Shown here one piece after another: positions 62,287 to 64,000 of a stretch of DNA of 64,000 nucleotides. Source of the stretch: a virus (Duplodnaviria; Heunggongvirae; Uroviricota; Caudoviricetes); the IMG/VR virus record IMGVR_UViG_3300046542_000259. One strand, written 5' to 3'. Position 1 is the stretch's first letter; every line of letters starts with the position of its first letter. Position numbers and translations under genes: made by a program. The notes beneath the pieces were generated by a model, which made no database searches, was not told the DNA's origin, and saw only the letters and a list, made by a program, of their open reading frames with translations.

Positions 62287-63268
62287 ACTTGAATTTGGGA
62301 GTTCACTTTACGGAACAAAAACTCCTACGAGCGATACGGACTACAAAGGCGTGCATATTCCTTCGGCCCGTTCTCTAGTGATGCAGAACGCGGATCGCGT
62401 CATTTCAAATTCAACTGGCAGTGATAAAGTCAAAAATACTGCGGATGATGTTGATGATGAGAGTTTTTCCCTTCTAAAATTCTTTGCTATGCTGAAGAAG
62501 GGCGACATGGTGGCTCAAGAACTACTACATGTGTCTGTTGAACAGGCTCTTGTCATGTCGCCAGAGTGGGAAAACATTATCCTCCCTAACAAAAATCGCC
62601 TCGTTGCTAGAGATGTTAAAGGCTTTGTAGGCTACTGTAGGCAACAAGCAAACAAATATGGTATACGAGGATCGCGTGTCGCTGCGGCTCGCAATGCAAC
62701 TGAAATGTTCGCGTTCTGGATCGAACAGTACGGGGCAAACACAAAGATCAAAGACGTTCCCGATTTCGAGCACTTTTTTGAGTGTTTCTGTGAACTCAAC
62801 GAACACGCCGAGGTGATTCAACTTCCTGTGGCTAAGGGCAGCACGGAAATGGTTAACTACCTAGAAGTAGTAAACCGTAAAGTTGGCTACACCATCGCGC
62901 TCAAGGAAGCTCATTCTATCTATAAGAGAGCCTTCGATGAATTCGGTTCAAGGGCTCTTGCGGCGGAAAAGAACGAAGGCGTGGACTGGAAAGCCTTGTA
63001 TCACGCGATTCGCGTCTCAGAGCAAGCCATGGAGCTTCTTCAGGACGGTGTGATCACTTTCCCCCGCTGGAACGCTCAAGAGCTTTTGACTATCAAGCGT
63101 GGTGAGCACGATTACAAAGATATAGCGAGAATGCTGGAAGACAATCTAGATAAGCTTGAAGTGCTCATGACCAAATCCGATTTACCTGAGAAGGTAGATA
63201 CTAATTTTATGGATCAAGTCGCTCATGATCTACACCTCAAACAGATCAAAAATGAATATTTTGCTTAA
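62270..63268 (+). CDS. Pol-beta-superfamily nucleotidyltransferase
   Basis: GSSLYGTKTPTSDTDYKGV is the NTase-fold signature [GS]-x9-DxD. GTG start at 62270 regenerates MKQLIKLEFG. 333 aa. Confidence 0.5.
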   Translation: MKQLIKLEFGSSLYGTKTPTSDTDYKGVHIPSARSLVMQNADRVISNSTGSDKVKNTADDVDDESFSLLKFFAMLKKGDMVAQELLHVSVEQALVMSPEWENIILPNKNRLVARDVKGFVGYCRQQANKYGIRGSRVAAARNATEMFAFWIEQYGANTKIKDVPDFEHFFECFCELNEHAEVIQLPVAKGSTEMVNYLEVVNRKVGYTIALKEAHSIYKRAFDEFGSRALAAEKNEGVDWKALYHAIRVSEQAMELLQDGVITFPRWNAQELLTIKRGEHDYKDIARMLEDNLDKLEVLMTKSDLPEKVDTNFMDQVAHDLHLKQIKNEYFA

Positions 63269-63538
63269 ATGACCACGCTAGATCAAGACAAAGAAACATT
63301 TCTCTGGAACCTGATCGAAATCGAATGGAAGCCAGAGATTTGGTGGGACGAAGATTATTTAGAACTTAGTTTTGAGTGGATCGATCAGGGCCGAAACCTT
63401 CACGCCGTCGTCACATTAGATGGCGACGGTCGATACGGTTACTGTTATAAAGTTGGCGATACGTTTGTTCGTGGTGAAGAATTTGATCCGGTTGTGTCAC
63501 GCTTTCCAGATGATTTAAGGGAGTATTTAAATGTCTAG
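63269..63538 (+). CDS. Hypothetical protein
   Basis: TAAATG-coupled to the NTase gene. Confidence 0.35.
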   Translation: MTTLDQDKETFLWNLIEIEWKPEIWWDEDYLELSFEWIDQGRNLHAVVTLDGDGRYGYCYKVGDTFVRGEEFDPVVSRFPDDLREYLNV

Positions 63539-63743
63539 CATTAAGGTAGAAGAATACGAAGATTATTGGCAATGTGGCGATGGCTGTTGTGATAATTATG
63601 ACACAGTTTCTGTGTTTCACTATGAGGGTGAGACATATGAATATCGAAGTTATGATAGTGAAAATAATTTGAAGGCATTTTTAAAAGAAGTTTTAAAAAT
63701 TTCCTTTGAATATGGCGACGTGAGTAATCCAAATGATTTTTAG
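63531..63743 (+). CDS. Hypothetical Cys-rich protein
   Basis: CGDGCCDNYD. Confidence 0.3.
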   Translation: MSSIKVEEYEDYWQCGDGCCDNYDTVSVFHYEGETYEYRSYDSENNLKAFLKEVLKISFEYGDVSNPNDF

Positions 63744-63942
63744 AAAGAAATCTTATGGCGGCGTCCCTGCTTTCTTCAAAGTAATGTGGAAATCTTATAC
63801 TTCTGATAAATATCAACGCCCAATTTACCAATGGCGTAAGAGGCTGTTTCCTCTCACTGATTGGGATTCTTTCTTGGACGGCGGTTCACGTTGGTATAAA
63901 ATTCTGTGGTTAGAAATTTTCGTAGAAATTAACAATGGCTAA
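63733..63942 (+). CDS. Hypothetical protein
   Basis: Overlapping ORF. Confidence 0.3.
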   Translation: MIFRKKSYGGVPAFFKVMWKSYTSDKYQRPIYQWRKRLFPLTDWDSFLDGGSRWYKILWLEIFVEINNG

Positions 63943-64000
63943 ACTTCATTTTTTCTACAGCGTCATGAACGCTGGTAAATCTACTTATCTACTTCAAAGT
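63935..64000 (+). CDS. tk: Thymidine kinase, N-terminus only (3' end runs off the window)
   Basis: MAKLHFFYSVMNAGKSTYLLQS aligns with E. coli Tdk [22 protein letters not shown] (P-loop). Confidence 0.7.
   Translation, partial: MAKLHFFYSVMNAGKSTYLLQS

Noticed and set aside
1-64000. tRNA genes, CRISPR arrays, rRNA
   Set aside because: I saw no cloverleaf-like GTTCGAATC/T-arm consensus and no regularly spaced direct repeats on reading through. A tRNA scan should still be run, since T4-like phages often carry tRNA clusters.

Overview
This window reads as a densely packed accessory region of a T4-like lytic phage genome, with about 40% GC overall. Most genes sit on the + strand with overlapping stop and start codons; I found no rRNA, tRNA or CRISPR. 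Protein calls rest on motifs I recognise from memory, not on searches.

Recognised by direct similarity to T4 proteins:
- rIIA and rIIB.
- RNA ligase 1, RNA ligase 2 and a T7-type ATP-dependent DNA ligase.
- Polynucleotide kinase split into two genes: a kinase domain, and a 3'-phosphatase domain 6 kb away.
- The N-terminus of thymidine kinase at the window end.

Other recognisable genes:
- NAD+ salvage pair NadV (NAMPT) and NatV (NMNAT-Nudix) on the minus strand.
- An AEP primase-polymerase fused to an SF3 helicase.
- An SNF2 helicase.
- Five homing endonucleases (two GIY-YIG, three HNH).
- Tail-fibre or tail-spike genes, two carrying SGNH/GDSL esterase domains, with shuffled cassettes.

Candidates I consider genuinely unusual for a phage:
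- A minimal TolQ/ExbB-like and TolR/ExbD-like membrane pair plus a third membrane protein.
- A protein with an RNA polymerase alpha-CTD-like N-terminus.
- An HslV-like N-terminal-threonine peptidase inside an RNA-repair gene set.
- A truncated class II aminoacyl-tRNA synthetase catalytic core.
- A RelA/SpoT-type HD hydrolase.
- A DHH/DHHA1 phosphoesterase.
- An acyl-carrier-protein-like gene fused onto the rIIB stop codon.
- A signal-peptide solute-binding protein.
- An SPFH lipoprotein.
- A short core-only tyrosine recombinase.
- A Pol-beta nucleotidyltransferase whose 5' end was split by a homing endonuclease, leaving a 27-bp target duplication.

Regulatory signals visible by eye include several sigma70-like promoters sharing cTTGACAAA, intrinsic terminators, a 23-bp inverted repeat enclosing back-to-back overlapping promoters, and a duplicated hairpin-plus-promoter element in front of two tail-fibre genes.
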